DNA of 64,000 nt from Vicinamibacterales bacterium (GCA_965247955.1 OZ252042.1:1968323-2032322); one strand, 5' to 3'; positions 43,639 to 53,911 are shown, numbered from the stretch's first letter. The notes: generated by a model from the sequence alone, not told the origin. Translations and numbers: made by a program.

Positions 43639-43769
43639 TGGCTGACGTGTCGCCCAGAGTTGCGTGGATCGTCTCGCGGCTCTGTGAGGAGTTCCACTGC
43701 TTGCCGACGCAGGCGCTTCGTCTGCGAGAGCTGATAGGCGACGACGACGAACACGACACCGAGGAGTAA
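43638..43769 (+). CDS. 43-aa mini-ORF paralogous to the gpT-like segment
   Basis: MADVSPRVAWIVSRLCEEFHCLPTQALRLRELIGDDDEHDTEE. Both ends overlap neighbours as taATG. Confidence 0.35.
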   Translation: MADVSPRVAWIVSRLCEEFHCLPTQALRLRELIGDDDEHDTEE

Positions 43770-46700
43770 TGGCAGCCTTCGACGCCGGCACGATTGAAGC
43801 GATTCTGCGGCTCCGTGACGAGTTCACGGGCGTGGCGAAGCGTGTCGCGACGCAGGCGAAGACGCTCGGCGATCGGATCGAACGGTCCGGGGCCGCTATG
43901 GGCCGCGCGGGCAGCGCGCTCGCGCCGCTGTCGCTGGGCGTGGCGGCGCTCGGCGTCGGCGCCCTCAAAGCGGCGATTGATTTCGAGTCGTCGTTCGCGG
44001 GCGTCATCAAGACGGTCGACGATGCGACAGACAGCATGGGACGGCTCACGCCCGTGGGCGAGGAACTCAAACAGAGTTTCCGCGATCTCGCCCTCGAAAT
44101 TCCCATATCGGCCAACGAATTGGCTGGGATCGGCGAAGTCGCCGGACAGCTCGGTATTGAAACCCAGAACATCGCCGGCTTTACCGAGACGATGGCAAAG
44201 CTCGGCGTCACGACGAACCTGAGCGCCGAGGAAGCGGCGACATCGCTCGCGCGACTGGCCAACGTCACGGGGCTCCCACAAACGGAGTTTGAACGGCTTG
44301 GGTCCACGGTGGTCGCCTTGGGCAACAACCTGGCGACGACGGAATCCGAGATCGTGATGTTCGGGCAGCGGATCGCGGGTGCCGGGGCGATTGCGGGGCT
44401 GAGAGAGCCCCAGATTCTCGCCATCGGCGGGGCGATGTCGTCGGTCGGCATTGAGGCGGAAGCGGGCGGCACGGCGGTCCAAAAAGTCTTGTTGACGATG
44501 AATGACGCGGTCGCCGCCGGTGGAGCGGAACTGGTCCGGTTCGCGGACCTGTCCGGGCAGTCCGTGGAGCAATTCGCGGCGGGCTGGCGGGACAACGCCG
44601 GCGCGCAGTTCACGGCCTTTGTCGAGGGATTGGCCGCGCAAGGTGATCAGGCTAGCGCGGTCCTTAAAGATCTGATCGGGACCGACCAGCGGCTCCAACG
44701 CGCGTTTCTCTCACTGGCCCAGTCGGGGGACACGCTGCGGAACGCGATGTCGCTGGCGAACGTTGCGTGGGTCGAAAATACGGCCCTCGCCACGGAGGCG
44801 GAGATCCGGTTTCAGACGACCAGTGCAGAGCTCACGATTCTCTGGAACAACGTCAAGGACGTGGCGATTTCGCTCGGGGACGCGCTGTTGCCCACCCTGA
44901 AAGATGCCGTCGGGTTCCTGCAGGAGTCGGTCGTGCCAGTGCTGCGTGATGCGGCCAAGTGGTTCGAAGATCTCTCCCCGGCCTCGAAACGCCTGGCAGC
45001 CGGATTCGCGGCACTCATCGTCGTGGCCACGCCCGTGTTGTTCACGCTCAGTACGATGGCGCCCCTGCTTTCGGTGATCGCGCGCGGCTTTGCCGCCATC
45101 GTGCCAAGGGCGGCGGCCGCGGGCGTCGCAGTCGGAGCCAGCGATGCGGCGGCGGGAGCCTCGGTCGGGCCTATGGTGGCGGCCAAGATTGCGGCGCGCC
45201 TCATGTGGAGGGCGATTTCCGGACCGGTCGGGATCGCGATTACCGTGATTACCGCGGCGGTCGGGGCCTTCAAGCTGCTCAAGCGCCACATCGATGAGGG
45301 ATCGACGGCGGCGGCCAACTTCGCACGGAGCCAGGCGTCCGTTGATTCTATGACGGCAGCGATTGCGAAGCTGGAATCGGAGGGGAAGGAGGTCTCGCAA
45401 AGTCTCCGCGATGTCCTGACGCACGCTGAACAGGTTCGCGACCGGATGAAAGAGATGGCGGAGTCCGTCGACGAGACGTCCGAATCGTTCACGGCCATGC
45501 GCGATGAGCTGAAAGCACTGGCGGCGAAGGAGATGGCCACGTGGGCCAACGCGTCCAAGGAGGCCAAGGAGCGGGCCAAGGAACTGGCTGACGCCCTACC
45601 CCAGGCGGAAGTTGCCATTGAAGGCTTGCGCCTGAGTGTGGAGCAGTTGCAGAGCGAAGGCGAGCTGACCCCAGTCGTCCTGCGCAATATTGCCAAGCAA
45701 GCGCTGGCCCTGGGCATCGCCGTCGAGGATCTCCCGCCGGAAATCAAGAACATCGTCGTCTCGTTTGACAACACGGCGCGGGCGGGGCGGGAGGCGGCCG
45801 AAGAAGAAGCCCGTCTAGCGCGCGAATCGACGCGGCTGAAGGAATCGATTCAAGCGCTCGTCGATCAATTCCAAGGCCGGGGCCTCATCCAATCGGCGCT
45901 CGAGGCAGCCGAGGCCGTCAGACATGCTGGCGGCGTCTCGAAACTGACCGCTGACGATCACGATCAATTGCGGGAAACGGTGAACGGGGCCATTGACGCC
46001 TATCAGCGCATGGAGCAGGCCGTGCCGCCCGTCATGCGCGGTCTCGCTGATCAGCTCAACGCCCTGCATGACGTGCGTGACGCCGCCCGCGAATCGGCGG
46101 AGGCGATGGAGGCGCTCCGACAGGCCGAAGAGAGCTTGCTCGTGACGGCTCCACAAGTGACGCTGTCGTGGGATGAGATGCTGTCGGTGGGTCAGAAACT
46201 CGGTCCCGAGATCCATGGCTTGACGATGGGCACCGTCGAAGCGGAACAAGCAACCTTTGACGCGAACCAAGCGTTTGGACACCTCGACACCACGGTCGTC
46301 GAGAGCATCAAGACGACGTCACAGTATGAGGTGGCGTTGGCGTCGTTGGCGGGACAGCTGGGCGGCGCGGCGGGCCAGTCGTTGAACCTCGCCATCTCGA
46401 TGCGTGAGGCCAACAAGAATCTCAAAGACGGCGAACAGGGCTTTTCGACGATCCGCATTAACGCCGCCAAAGCGAGCGCGGTGTTTCACACGCTGGGCGA
46501 CGCGATTGGCGGGACGGCGGGGAAGATTCTGTCGGAGGTGGGGAACATCGCGCAAGCCTTTGCCTCCGGGGGCCTCGTCGGCGGCATCATCGCGGGGGTC
46601 GGCGCGGCGATCAAGGGGATCAAGAGTCTCTTCGGCGTCTCGGAGGCAGAGAAGAAGGCGCGGGCCTTTGCTGACACCTATGCCGACACCATCATCAAGA

Positions 46701-48019
46701 CGCTTAATGACGCCCAGCTGGCCGAAGCCGTCGACGCGGCGCTCGGGGCGTGGCGAGGGAACGAACGTGGGGCGCAGTTCCTCATCGGTGTTCGGGACGG
46801 CTTTGTGGCCGCCGGACGTTCCGCCGCCGAGGCGGAGCAGCTCGTCGGGCGCTACTGGAAGGCCGTCCGCGACGGCAGTCCCGACGCGGTCAAGGCGATC
46901 GAAGCCCAGATCGACGCGGTCGTGAAGGTCGGGCAGGCCGTTCAAGAACTCCAAACGTTCGACTCGGCCACGGACCAGCTCCAACAGCTCACGAGTGCCG
47001 CCACGTTCTTTGGCGTCGCCGCCGACGAGATGGGCGAGCGGCTGGGGAACGCCTTTAAGGCGGTCGAGCAGGCCGCCACAGCGGAGGACATCGCGCAGCA
47101 CTTCCACACGCTGCTGGCGTCCGGCGTTGACCTGGGCACGGCGCTCGACCTGGCGAAGGACAAGGTGCAGGGCGTGATCACCGCGAGCGTGCAGATGGGC
47201 ACCGAGATTCCGGCCTCGATGCAGCCGATCGCCGCGCAGCTCATCGCACAGGGCCAGCTCCTCGACGCCAGCGGGAAGAAGATCACCGACATCAATCAGC
47301 TCGAGTTCGGCACGTCAATGACCGAAGGGTTGCAGATCCTCGTGCTGTCAATGAATCAGCTCGTGGAGACGATGGGCGGCGAGATCCCGGCCGCGGCCAA
47401 GCAGTTTGCCCAAGGCGTCGGCAACGGGGCGCGTCAGGCAGAGCAGGCGTTGCGCGAGGACGTGCTCGTACAGATCGAGCACATTGGCCTCGCGGTCCAC
47501 GACCTCTCGGTGAAGGATTTGGCGACGATGGCGGCGACCTTCGAGTCGACCGCGCAGGCAGCGGGGCTGTCGCTCGAAGGCGTGCTCGGAGAGAAGCTCG
47601 ACGCGCTCACGACGGGACTCGGGTCAATGAGCCGCGACGCGCTGCCCGAACTCGTGCGGAGCTTCCAGCAGACGGCGACGGACGCGGTGCAGGCGTTCGA
47701 CCGTATTCCCCGGACGCTCACGTTTGATCATCACACGCGCTACTCGTCCTCAGGGTCGCGCGGGGAGTTTGATGGCGACTCCCCTGGCTTCCAGGGGGGT
47801 ACGCACGGGCGCTTTGTGGACTTTGGCGTCTCGACGCCGGTCTTCCTACATGGTCGCGAGCGGGTCATCACGGAGGCGGAAGGCCGCCGTGAGGCGGCGG
47901 ATCTCTCGGGGCTGCGTCGCGAGGTCGCGGACCTGAAGCGGATCATGGAACGCGGCCAGGACGAACTCCCGTTCCGCATGAGCCGGGCCATACGCGATGC
48001 CGTCGTGGAGGGCCGGTAA
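43769..48019 (+). CDS. tail tape measure protein
   Basis: 1416 aa. Ala-rich and helical, with hydrophobic central segments. Position after the chaperone pair. Confidence 0.9.
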   Translation: MAAFDAGTIEAILRLRDEFTGVAKRVATQAKTLGDRIERSGAAMGRAGSALAPLSLGVAALGVGALKAAIDFESSFAGVIKTVDDATDSMGRLTPVGEELKQSFRDLALEIPISANELAGIGEVAGQLGIETQNIAGFTETMAKLGVTTNLSAEEAATSLARLANVTGLPQTEFERLGSTVVALGNNLATTESEIVMFGQRIAGAGAIAGLREPQILAIGGAMSSVGIEAEAGGTAVQKVLLTMNDAVAAGGAELVRFADLSGQSVEQFAAGWRDNAGAQFTAFVEGLAAQGDQASAVLKDLIGTDQRLQRAFLSLAQSGDTLRNAMSLANVAWVENTALATEAEIRFQTTSAELTILWNNVKDVAISLGDALLPTLKDAVGFLQESVVPVLRDAAKWFEDLSPASKRLAAGFAALIVVATPVLFTLSTMAPLLSVIARGFAAIVPRAAAAGVAVGASDAAAGASVGPMVAAKIAARLMWRAISGPVGIAITVITAAVGAFKLLKRHIDEGSTAAANFARSQASVDSMTAAIAKLESEGKEVSQSLRDVLTHAEQVRDRMKEMAESVDETSESFTAMRDELKALAAKEMATWANASKEAKERAKELADALPQAEVAIEGLRLSVEQLQSEGELTPVVLRNIAKQALALGIAVEDLPPEIKNIVVSFDNTARAGREAAEEEARLARESTRLKESIQALVDQFQGRGLIQSALEAAEAVRHAGGVSKLTADDHDQLRETVNGAIDAYQRMEQAVPPVMRGLADQLNALHDVRDAARESAEAMEALRQAEESLLVTAPQVTLSWDEMLSVGQKLGPEIHGLTMGTVEAEQATFDANQAFGHLDTTVVESIKTTSQYEVALASLAGQLGGAAGQSLNLAISMREANKNLKDGEQGFSTIRINAAKASAVFHTLGDAIGGTAGKILSEVGNIAQAFASGGLVGGIIAGVGAAIKGIKSLFGVSEAEKKARAFADTYADTIIKTLNDAQLAEAVDAALGAWRGNERGAQFLIGVRDGFVAAGRSAAEAEQLVGRYWKAVRDGSPDAVKAIEAQIDAVVKVGQAVQELQTFDSATDQLQQLTSAATFFGVAADEMGERLGNAFKAVEQAATAEDIAQHFHTLLASGVDLGTALDLAKDKVQGVITASVQMGTEIPASMQPIAAQLIAQGQLLDASGKKITDINQLEFGTSMTEGLQILVLSMNQLVETMGGEIPAAAKQFAQGVGNGARQAEQALREDVLVQIEHIGLAVHDLSVKDLATMAATFESTAQAAGLSLEGVLGEKLDALTTGLGSMSRDALPELVRSFQQTATDAVQAFDRIPRTLTFDHHTRYSSSGSRGEFDGDSPGFQGGTHGRFVDFGVSTPVFLHGRERVITEAEGRREAADLSGLRREVADLKRIMERGQDELPFRMSRAIRDAVVEGR

Positions 48020-48023
48020 GCCG

Positions 48024-49568
48024 ATGGGGGCGAGCCCGATCGTGATACAGCCGCAGTTGGCCTTGACACCGGACGTGTGGACGGACGTCAGCACGGACGT
48101 CGTGCAGGCGGATCAGATCCGCGTGAGCTACGGGATTCGGGGCAGTGGGCCGCTCGCCCGCGTGGCGCAGACCGGGGTGGGGCTGTTCTCGATGCGCAAC
48201 GATGCGGGGAACGCGGCCGGGGTGCAGGGCACCTACTCGCCGAATCACCCGGCCGCGCGCGCCGGCTTCGGCTATGGCACCGGATTCCGCCTGGCCGTGA
48301 CGTATGACGGGACGACCTACTACAAGTTTCGCGGCCGGATCGTCGAGATCGATCCGGTGGCGGGCCAGTACGGCCTGCAGCGCACGCGGTGCCGCGCGGT
48401 GGACTGGCTGGAGGACCTGGCCGCGTTTCAGGTGCGGCGCGTCGCGGCGCAACGCGACCAGCGGGCGGACGACCTGCTGACGACGCTCATCACCGCCATG
48501 CCGAGCACGGCGCGCCCCGCCGCGCAGATTTTGGACCGCGGCACGGAGCCCTATCCGTACGCGTTCTACGACCTCGGCGGCGGGACGTCTGGGCGGGCGG
48601 TCGCGCAGAAGCTGATGCAGAGCGAGTTGGGACACCTTGCCGTCATCGGGGATACGACGCAGGGTGGGACCCTGCGGTTCTTTAATCGCCACCACCGCGC
48701 CACGGCCGACAGTGCCGTCACGGTGTCCAACACCATGCACGGCCTGCGGGTGCCGTCGGCGATCGATCAGGCCTTCAACGACGTACGCGTGACGATCAAT
48801 CCCGTCCGGGTCGACCAGGCGGCCACGACCGTGTTGTGGGCCTTGACGACCGAGCCGGCGAGCAGCCGGCCGGTGATTCCGGCGGGCCAGTCGCGGACGT
48901 TCTGGGGGGACTATCACGACCCCGACCGCGAGGCCCAGCTGATCGGCGGCACGGACCAAGTCGCCCCGGTGGCCACGACCGATTACGCGGCGAACGCCGC
49001 GCAGGACGGCACCGGGGCCGACCTGACCGCGTCGTTCACCGTGGCGGCGTCGTTCTTTGGCGGCAGCGTGCAATTCGTTGTCACGAACACGGCGGCCGTC
49101 GACGGCACGCTCACGAAGCTCCAGTGTCGGGGGAAGGCCATCGAGGCGGTGGCGTCGCTCACGTTCGAGGCGTCGAGTGCGCAACCGTACGGCGAGCGCA
49201 GCCTGCGGCTGAACATGCCTTATCAGGTCGACCCCGAGGTCGGCCAAGGGGCGGCCACGTATCTGGAGGCGGTCTACCACGCCTTAGGGCAGCAGGTGAC
49301 GTCGCTCACGATCCTCGCGAACGCCTCCGACACGCTGCTGACGCAGGCGCTCGCCCGCGAGCCGGGCGACCGGATCACCATTACGGAGACCGTGACGGGG
49401 CTGGCGATGGTGGACGCCTTCATTCAGGGCGTGGATTTGACGGTGGGCCCGGGCGATCTGGTGCGGTGCACGTGGCACCTGGCGCCGGCCGTGGACGGCG
49501 AGTTCTGGATTCTCGATGACCCGGTGGCCTCGGTGCTCGGGGTGTCGACGGTGTTGGGGTACGCGTGA
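48024..49568 (+). CDS. distal tail protein (putative)
   Basis: 514 aa from ATG 48024, directly after the tape measure. Confidence 0.5.
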   Translation: MGASPIVIQPQLALTPDVWTDVSTDVVQADQIRVSYGIRGSGPLARVAQTGVGLFSMRNDAGNAAGVQGTYSPNHPAARAGFGYGTGFRLAVTYDGTTYYKFRGRIVEIDPVAGQYGLQRTRCRAVDWLEDLAAFQVRRVAAQRDQRADDLLTTLITAMPSTARPAAQILDRGTEPYPYAFYDLGGGTSGRAVAQKLMQSELGHLAVIGDTTQGGTLRFFNRHHRATADSAVTVSNTMHGLRVPSAIDQAFNDVRVTINPVRVDQAATTVLWALTTEPASSRPVIPAGQSRTFWGDYHDPDREAQLIGGTDQVAPVATTDYAANAAQDGTGADLTASFTVAASFFGGSVQFVVTNTAAVDGTLTKLQCRGKAIEAVASLTFEASSAQPYGERSLRLNMPYQVDPEVGQGAATYLEAVYHALGQQVTSLTILANASDTLLTQALAREPGDRITITETVTGLAMVDAFIQGVDLTVGPGDLVRCTWHLAPAVDGEFWILDDPVASVLGVSTVLGYA

Positions 49569-49969
49569 GGGGGCTGCCGCGCTGGACCTATCGTGATGGG
49601 CATCTCGTGCGGGACAGCGCGGCGTACGCGGCGGCGCAGGCGCGCGCGATCGGCACACTCCGGGCACGGGGCCGCGATGTCGCGGTGTCCACGTCGCTCG
49701 ATCCGATCGTGGCGCGGATCAATGAGAACCGGTGGATCGTCGACTGCGGGTGTGGCTCAGGCTGCTACGTCGATCTCGACGCCGGGACGCCGGTCGTCGC
49801 GCGCTGCTTTTACTGCGGGGCGATCCATACGCAGGTCGTGCTGCCCGCGAACCGCACGGCCCTCGAAGCCGCGCTCCTCAGACGCCCGCGCGCCGCGACC
49901 CGGCACTGGCGGCCAGGCGAGACGGTCGCGGCGCTCGAGGCGGAGAATGCCGCACATGGGTGTGCCTGA
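49565..49969 (+). CDS. hypothetical tail-region protein with a Cys cluster
   Basis: CGCGSGC ... CFYC motif. GTG start overlapping the upstream stop. Confidence 0.35.
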   Translation: MRGLPRWTYRDGHLVRDSAAYAAAQARAIGTLRARGRDVAVSTSLDPIVARINENRWIVDCGCGSGCYVDLDAGTPVVARCFYCGAIHTQVVLPANRTALEAALLRRPRAATRHWRPGETVAALEAENAAHGCA

Positions 49970-50550
49970 TGGCGTGGACGCAACCGCGCACGTGGGTGGC
50001 CGGGGAGCTGGTGACCGCCGCCAGCATGAATACCCACGTGCGCGACCAGCTGCTGGCGATCGCGGAGGGCACCGCGACCCTGGACCACGTCACCCTGGAC
50101 GGGCAGACGACGGCGCCAGCCGTCGCGCCGAGTGGCGACGGGCGGATCTATTTCGACGCCGGGGCGGACCTGCTCAAAGCCTCGGTCGATGGCGGGGCGT
50201 ATCGCCCGCTGGGCGGAGGCACGGTGTGGCCGCTGGGGGGGCATCCGGACTTCCAACAGACCAGCGGCGCCTTCGAGGGCCTCTACGGGGCGGAAGTCCT
50301 CCAGCCGAGCTATGCGCGCACCGGGACCGTGCATGCGATGGCGCGGGTCGACGGCGGCACCGGGCAGCTCCGCGTCTACAACGTGACGGACGCGGCCCTC
50401 GTCGGCACGGCGTGGGACGTGACGAACACGACCGTCGCCCTGGTCATCAGTGGGGAGCTGACGCTCGCGGCCGACACGCAGTATCGCGTCGAGGCGAAGC
50501 GGGGGACGACGTGGATCAAGGTCTGGGGCGCAAAGTTCGTGGAGAGCTAA
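49969..50550 (+). CDS. tail fibre / receptor-binding-region protein (putative)
   Basis: 193 aa from ATG 49969. The N-terminal WTQPRTWVAGELVTAASMNTHVRDQL motif is common at tail-fibre N-termini. Confidence 0.45.
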   Translation: MAWTQPRTWVAGELVTAASMNTHVRDQLLAIAEGTATLDHVTLDGQTTAPAVAPSGDGRIYFDAGADLLKASVDGGAYRPLGGGTVWPLGGHPDFQQTSGAFEGLYGAEVLQPSYARTGTVHAMARVDGGTGQLRVYNVTDAALVGTAWDVTNTTVALVISGELTLAADTQYRVEAKRGTTWIKVWGAKFVES

Positions 50551-50563
50551 GGAGGAAAACACG

Positions 50564-51280
50564 ATGCCAGCAGCTCGTATCGCGCGCAGTGCACTGATCG
50601 CCGCGGTCGCCGGCCTGATCGGCGGCCTGGGGGGCGCGCTCATCGCGCAGCCCGCCGGGCGGTTCATCCACCCGACCGCCGTCACGATTGCGAACACCGC
50701 GGCCGACGCGCTCGATGTCTCGGGCGGGGCGCAGTTCGGGAGCGGCGACGTCGCGCTGGTCGGCACGGACGGCAAGATCAACGGGCCGCTGTCCACCACG
50801 ATCCTCGACGACCTCGACGGCGCCAACCTGACGGACCTGGATGCGTCGAATCTCGACAGCGGCACGATGCCGATGGCGCGGATGCCGGACAATGTCCTCG
50901 TCGACGCCGTGTTCGACACCGACGTGACGATAACGAGCGTCACGACGAGCACCTGGGTCGATACCGGGCTCAGCCTCACGATCACCGTCGACAACGCGAC
51001 CAATGACGTGGTGCTGATGGCCTGGCAGCACATCTCCTCGTCGGGCGCCAGTACGAACTGCCAGCTCCGATTCATGCGGGGCACGACGGCGCTGACCACC
51101 ACCGCCACGAAGGCCAATGGCGACCACTTTAAAGCCATGCATATCGAGGAAGACGCCAACCCCGGCAGTGGCGCTCACACCTATAAGACGCAGCTCAACC
51201 ACACCGGCACCACCGGCACGTGCTATACCGAGGAGAACTCCAAGCAGTCCGTCCTGTGGGCCTATGAGATGCAGGACTAA
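50564..51280 (+). CDS. tail fibre protein (putative)
   Basis: LDGANLTDLDASNLDSGTMPMARMP motif and a beta-rich C-terminus. Confidence 0.5.
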   Translation: MPAARIARSALIAAVAGLIGGLGGALIAQPAGRFIHPTAVTIANTAADALDVSGGAQFGSGDVALVGTDGKINGPLSTTILDDLDGANLTDLDASNLDSGTMPMARMPDNVLVDAVFDTDVTITSVTTSTWVDTGLSLTITVDNATNDVVLMAWQHISSSGASTNCQLRFMRGTTALTTTATKANGDHFKAMHIEEDANPGSGAHTYKTQLNHTGTTGTCYTEENSKQSVLWAYEMQD

Positions 51281-51291
51281 GGGGGCGCGCG

Positions 51292-51525
51292 ATGACGGAA
51301 GTGCAGCACGCGCTCACGGCGGCGCTCGGATCCATCGAGCGGCGGCTTGACGGCATCGAGCGGCGGCAGATTGCGCAGGGCGAGCTGATCGCCCGGCTCG
51401 ATGAGCGGTTCCCGAAGCCGCGGTGGAACGGGCACGCGAAGCCGGCCGTCTCGGGGGCGGCGCTGATGGGGGTGATCTGGACGCTGGTCGAGGTCATCAA
51501 GACGATGGCTGCTGCCACGCCGTAG
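51292..51525 (+). CDS. small protein with a C-terminal TM helix
   Basis: 77 aa with a coiled N-terminal half. GAALMGVIWTLVEVI is a hydrophobic segment. Confidence 0.3.
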   Translation: MTEVQHALTAALGSIERRLDGIERRQIAQGELIARLDERFPKPRWNGHAKPAVSGAALMGVIWTLVEVIKTMAAATP

Positions 51526-51721
51526 CAGAGGGATGAGTCGGACACGAGATGTCATAACGAACCCCGGTCGTTTCTAGGGTAGCGCCCGAAGCCGCCTGGC
51601 CAGGCGGGGAACGACCAGTCACAGGGCCACGAGAGCGAGGCCGTCTCTCTGAGGGTACCAGTTCACCCTCGGGGGGGCGGCCTTTGCTCGTGTGGAGACA
51701 GACTGAGGAAAGGAAGACCCG

Positions 51722-52478
51722 ATGCACGAACGACACGGAGGACACCGGCGCTCACGACGCGTGATCGCGGGGCTGGAGGCGGCCCTGCTGGCGCTGTGGC
51801 TTGGCGGGGTGCGAGTGGCCCACGCAGCCGACGCCGCCCGGCATCACCATCACGAACGAGAACACGAATACGGTCGACTTCCCGACTGGGACCGCGAACC
51901 AGGCGCCCCGGTTCTCGCAGACCGACTACAGGTTCACCCTGGAGGCGGGCCGCGCGGGCCCCATCGTGGTCGGCACCGTGCAGGCGACGGACCCCGACCG
52001 GGACGCGGTCACGTATGCCCTGGACGGGGCGGGCGCGTTCGTGCTGCGCGAGGCCCAGAGCGGGGCGATCACCTACGTCGGCCCGGGCGTCGATCCGGCG
52101 CGCGTCTCGATGGCGTACCGGCTGACGGTCACGGCGACCGACCCCCAGGCTGCGACCGCGCAGGCGGCTGTCACGGTCGAGATCGTCGCGGTCGACGCCA
52201 CGAATGCGCCCCCGGTGGTGGTGGTGCCGATCCCGGATCAGCGGCTCACAATCGGCCAGGTGGCGGTCATCGAGCTGGAGACACATGTGGTGGACCCGGA
52301 CGGCGACCCGTTGACCTACCAGGCGATCGTCTCCGCGCCAGCGATCGTCACGGCGGCGGTCGCGGCCGGCGTGCTCCTGCTGACGCCGCAGGCCCCGGGC
52401 GAGGCGGCGGTCACGATCATCGCGAGCGACGGTGAGGCCCGCGTGACCACCACGGTGGGGGTGGAGGTGGAGGCATGA
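51722..52478 (+). CDS. cadherin-like / Ig-like repeat lipoprotein (needs a 1-nt frame correction near 51800)
   Basis: The signal peptide MHERHGGHRRSRRVIAGLEAALLALW is in frame 51722. A lipobox LAGC and the mature domains (TVQATDPDRDAVTYAL; VVDPDGDPLTYQA) are in frame 51801. Confidence 0.5.
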
Positions 52479-52795
52479 GGGCCCGGGGACTGCTCGTCGC
52501 CCTGCTGCTCACGACGGGCTGTACGACGACCCTGTCACTGACCGTCGCCAAGGTGGCCGAGAATCGCCCGCCACGGGCCGTGGCGATCGGGACCCGGACG
52601 CTCGCCGTGGGCACGCGCGTGACGATCGACCTGGGGGTCGTGTTCGCCGATCCGGACGGCGACGCGCTGGCCTTTCGAGCCGTGGCCGATGACCCGGCCA
52701 TCGTCGCGGTCACCGTGGACGGCAGCACGTTACAGGTGACCGGCCTCGCGGCGGGTGAGACCCGGGCCGTGGTCACGCCACGACGGCGACCGTGA
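52475..52795 (+). CDS. Ig-like domain lipoprotein
   Basis: MRARGLLVALLLTTGC signal/lipobox. VFADPDGDALAFRAVADDPAIVAVTVDGSTLQVTGLAAGE is paralogous to the second domain of the preceding gene. The 3' end may be frame-shifted. Confidence 0.5.
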   Translation: MRARGLLVALLLTTGCTTTLSLTVAKVAENRPPRAVAIGTRTLAVGTRVTIDLGVVFADPDGDALAFRAVADDPAIVAVTVDGSTLQVTGLAAGETRAVVTPRRRP

Positions 52796-52845
52796 CCCTC
52801 ACCGTCACTCCCTAGAGTGGACGACACAGACACAGGAGAACACTG

Positions 52846-52995
52846 ATGCCACGACAGACCGACACGACGTTCGAACAGCGGGCCGACTCGCTGCTGTTCA
52901 CCCTCGCCAACAAGGGTTACACAGGGCGAGCGGTCCTCATCTTCACGGGTGTCGTCTTCGCCCTGGGCGTCCTCGTCGGCGCGCGGGTGTTTTGA
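52846..52995 (+). CDS. 49-aa single-TM protein (lysis-cassette accessory?)
   Basis: AGGAGA SD 7 nt upstream. TM segment AVLIFTGVVFALGVLVGA. Its stop overlaps the holin ATG. Confidence 0.35.
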   Translation: MPRQTDTTFEQRADSLLFTLANKGYTGRAVLIFTGVVFALGVLVGARVF

Positions 52996-53387
52996 TGGCG
53001 GTCTTCGGCGCGATCACGGCGCTGCTGCCCCTCATCGAGCGCTTGATCCCGGACAAAGACGCACGCGAGAAAGCGACCGCCGAGCTCAATCGGCTCGATC
53101 AGGCCGGCGAGCTCCAGGTGATGCTCGCGCAGATCGCGGCGAACCGAGCGGAGGGTCAGCATGCCTCCCCCTTCGTCGCGGGGTGGCGCCCGATGATCGG
53201 GTGGATTTGCGCGTTGGGACTCGGCAACAACTTCCTGCTCGTGCCCTACATCGGGGCCTTGACCGACAAGGTGCAACCGCTCGACATGGCCATGATGATG
53301 CCGATCCTCATGGGCATGCTCGGACTGGGCACGATGCGCACGGTAGAACGCCTCAGGGGGAAAGAGCGGAATCGAGTCAAGGAATGA
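52995..53387 (+). CDS. holin (3-TM type)
   Basis: 130 aa from ATG 52995. ...NRAEGQHASPFVAGWRPMIGWICALGLGNNFLL... resembles the 3-TM holin family seen in GTA/phage lysis cassettes. Confidence 0.55.
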   Translation: MAVFGAITALLPLIERLIPDKDAREKATAELNRLDQAGELQVMLAQIAANRAEGQHASPFVAGWRPMIGWICALGLGNNFLLVPYIGALTDKVQPLDMAMMMPILMGMLGLGTMRTVERLRGKERNRVKE

Positions 53388-53452
53388 GTGCCGACAGACC
53401 GACGCCGACGCGCATGGCGCGCCGTCTGGTGTCCAGTTGATCGGCTGCCACC

Positions 53453-53911
53453 ATGACGAGTGACCAGAGGCTCGACGCAGGTCCCTCGACACACCTGACG
53501 TGGGCGGAGCTCGCCTGCCACGATGTGGCCCGAACACCGTACCCGGCTCGCTGGAGACAGAGCCGGGCGGGTCAGCTGACTCGCGTGTTCGAGGCCATCC
53601 GGCATGCCGGCGGCGGTCATCCGCTGCGGGTGCTGAGCGGCTACCGGACACCGGCGCACAACCGAACGGTGGGCGGAGCCCGCCACTCGCGGCATGTGCA
53701 AGGCCGGGCAATTGATCTGGCCCCACCACGCGGGTTGACCGTGACGGGATTCCACGCGGTCGTGCGGGCGGTGGCTCGGGAAAACCCACGGATCGGGGCG
53801 ATCGGCTATTACCGCTGGGGCGTCCACATGGACACCCGGCCACGCAGGAAAGGTCGGCTCGTCGCGTGGTCGGCAGTACCACAAGGAACGCCCTTACGCG
53901 ATGTAGCATGA
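53453..53911 (+). CDS. peptidase M15A-type endolysin
   Basis: LRVLSGYRTPAHNRTVGGARHSRHVQGRAIDL (zinc-ligand H..D..H pattern). Confidence 0.8.
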   Translation: MTSDQRLDAGPSTHLTWAELACHDVARTPYPARWRQSRAGQLTRVFEAIRHAGGGHPLRVLSGYRTPAHNRTVGGARHSRHVQGRAIDLAPPRGLTVTGFHAVVRAVARENPRIGAIGYYRWGVHMDTRPRRKGRLVAWSAVPQGTPLRDVA

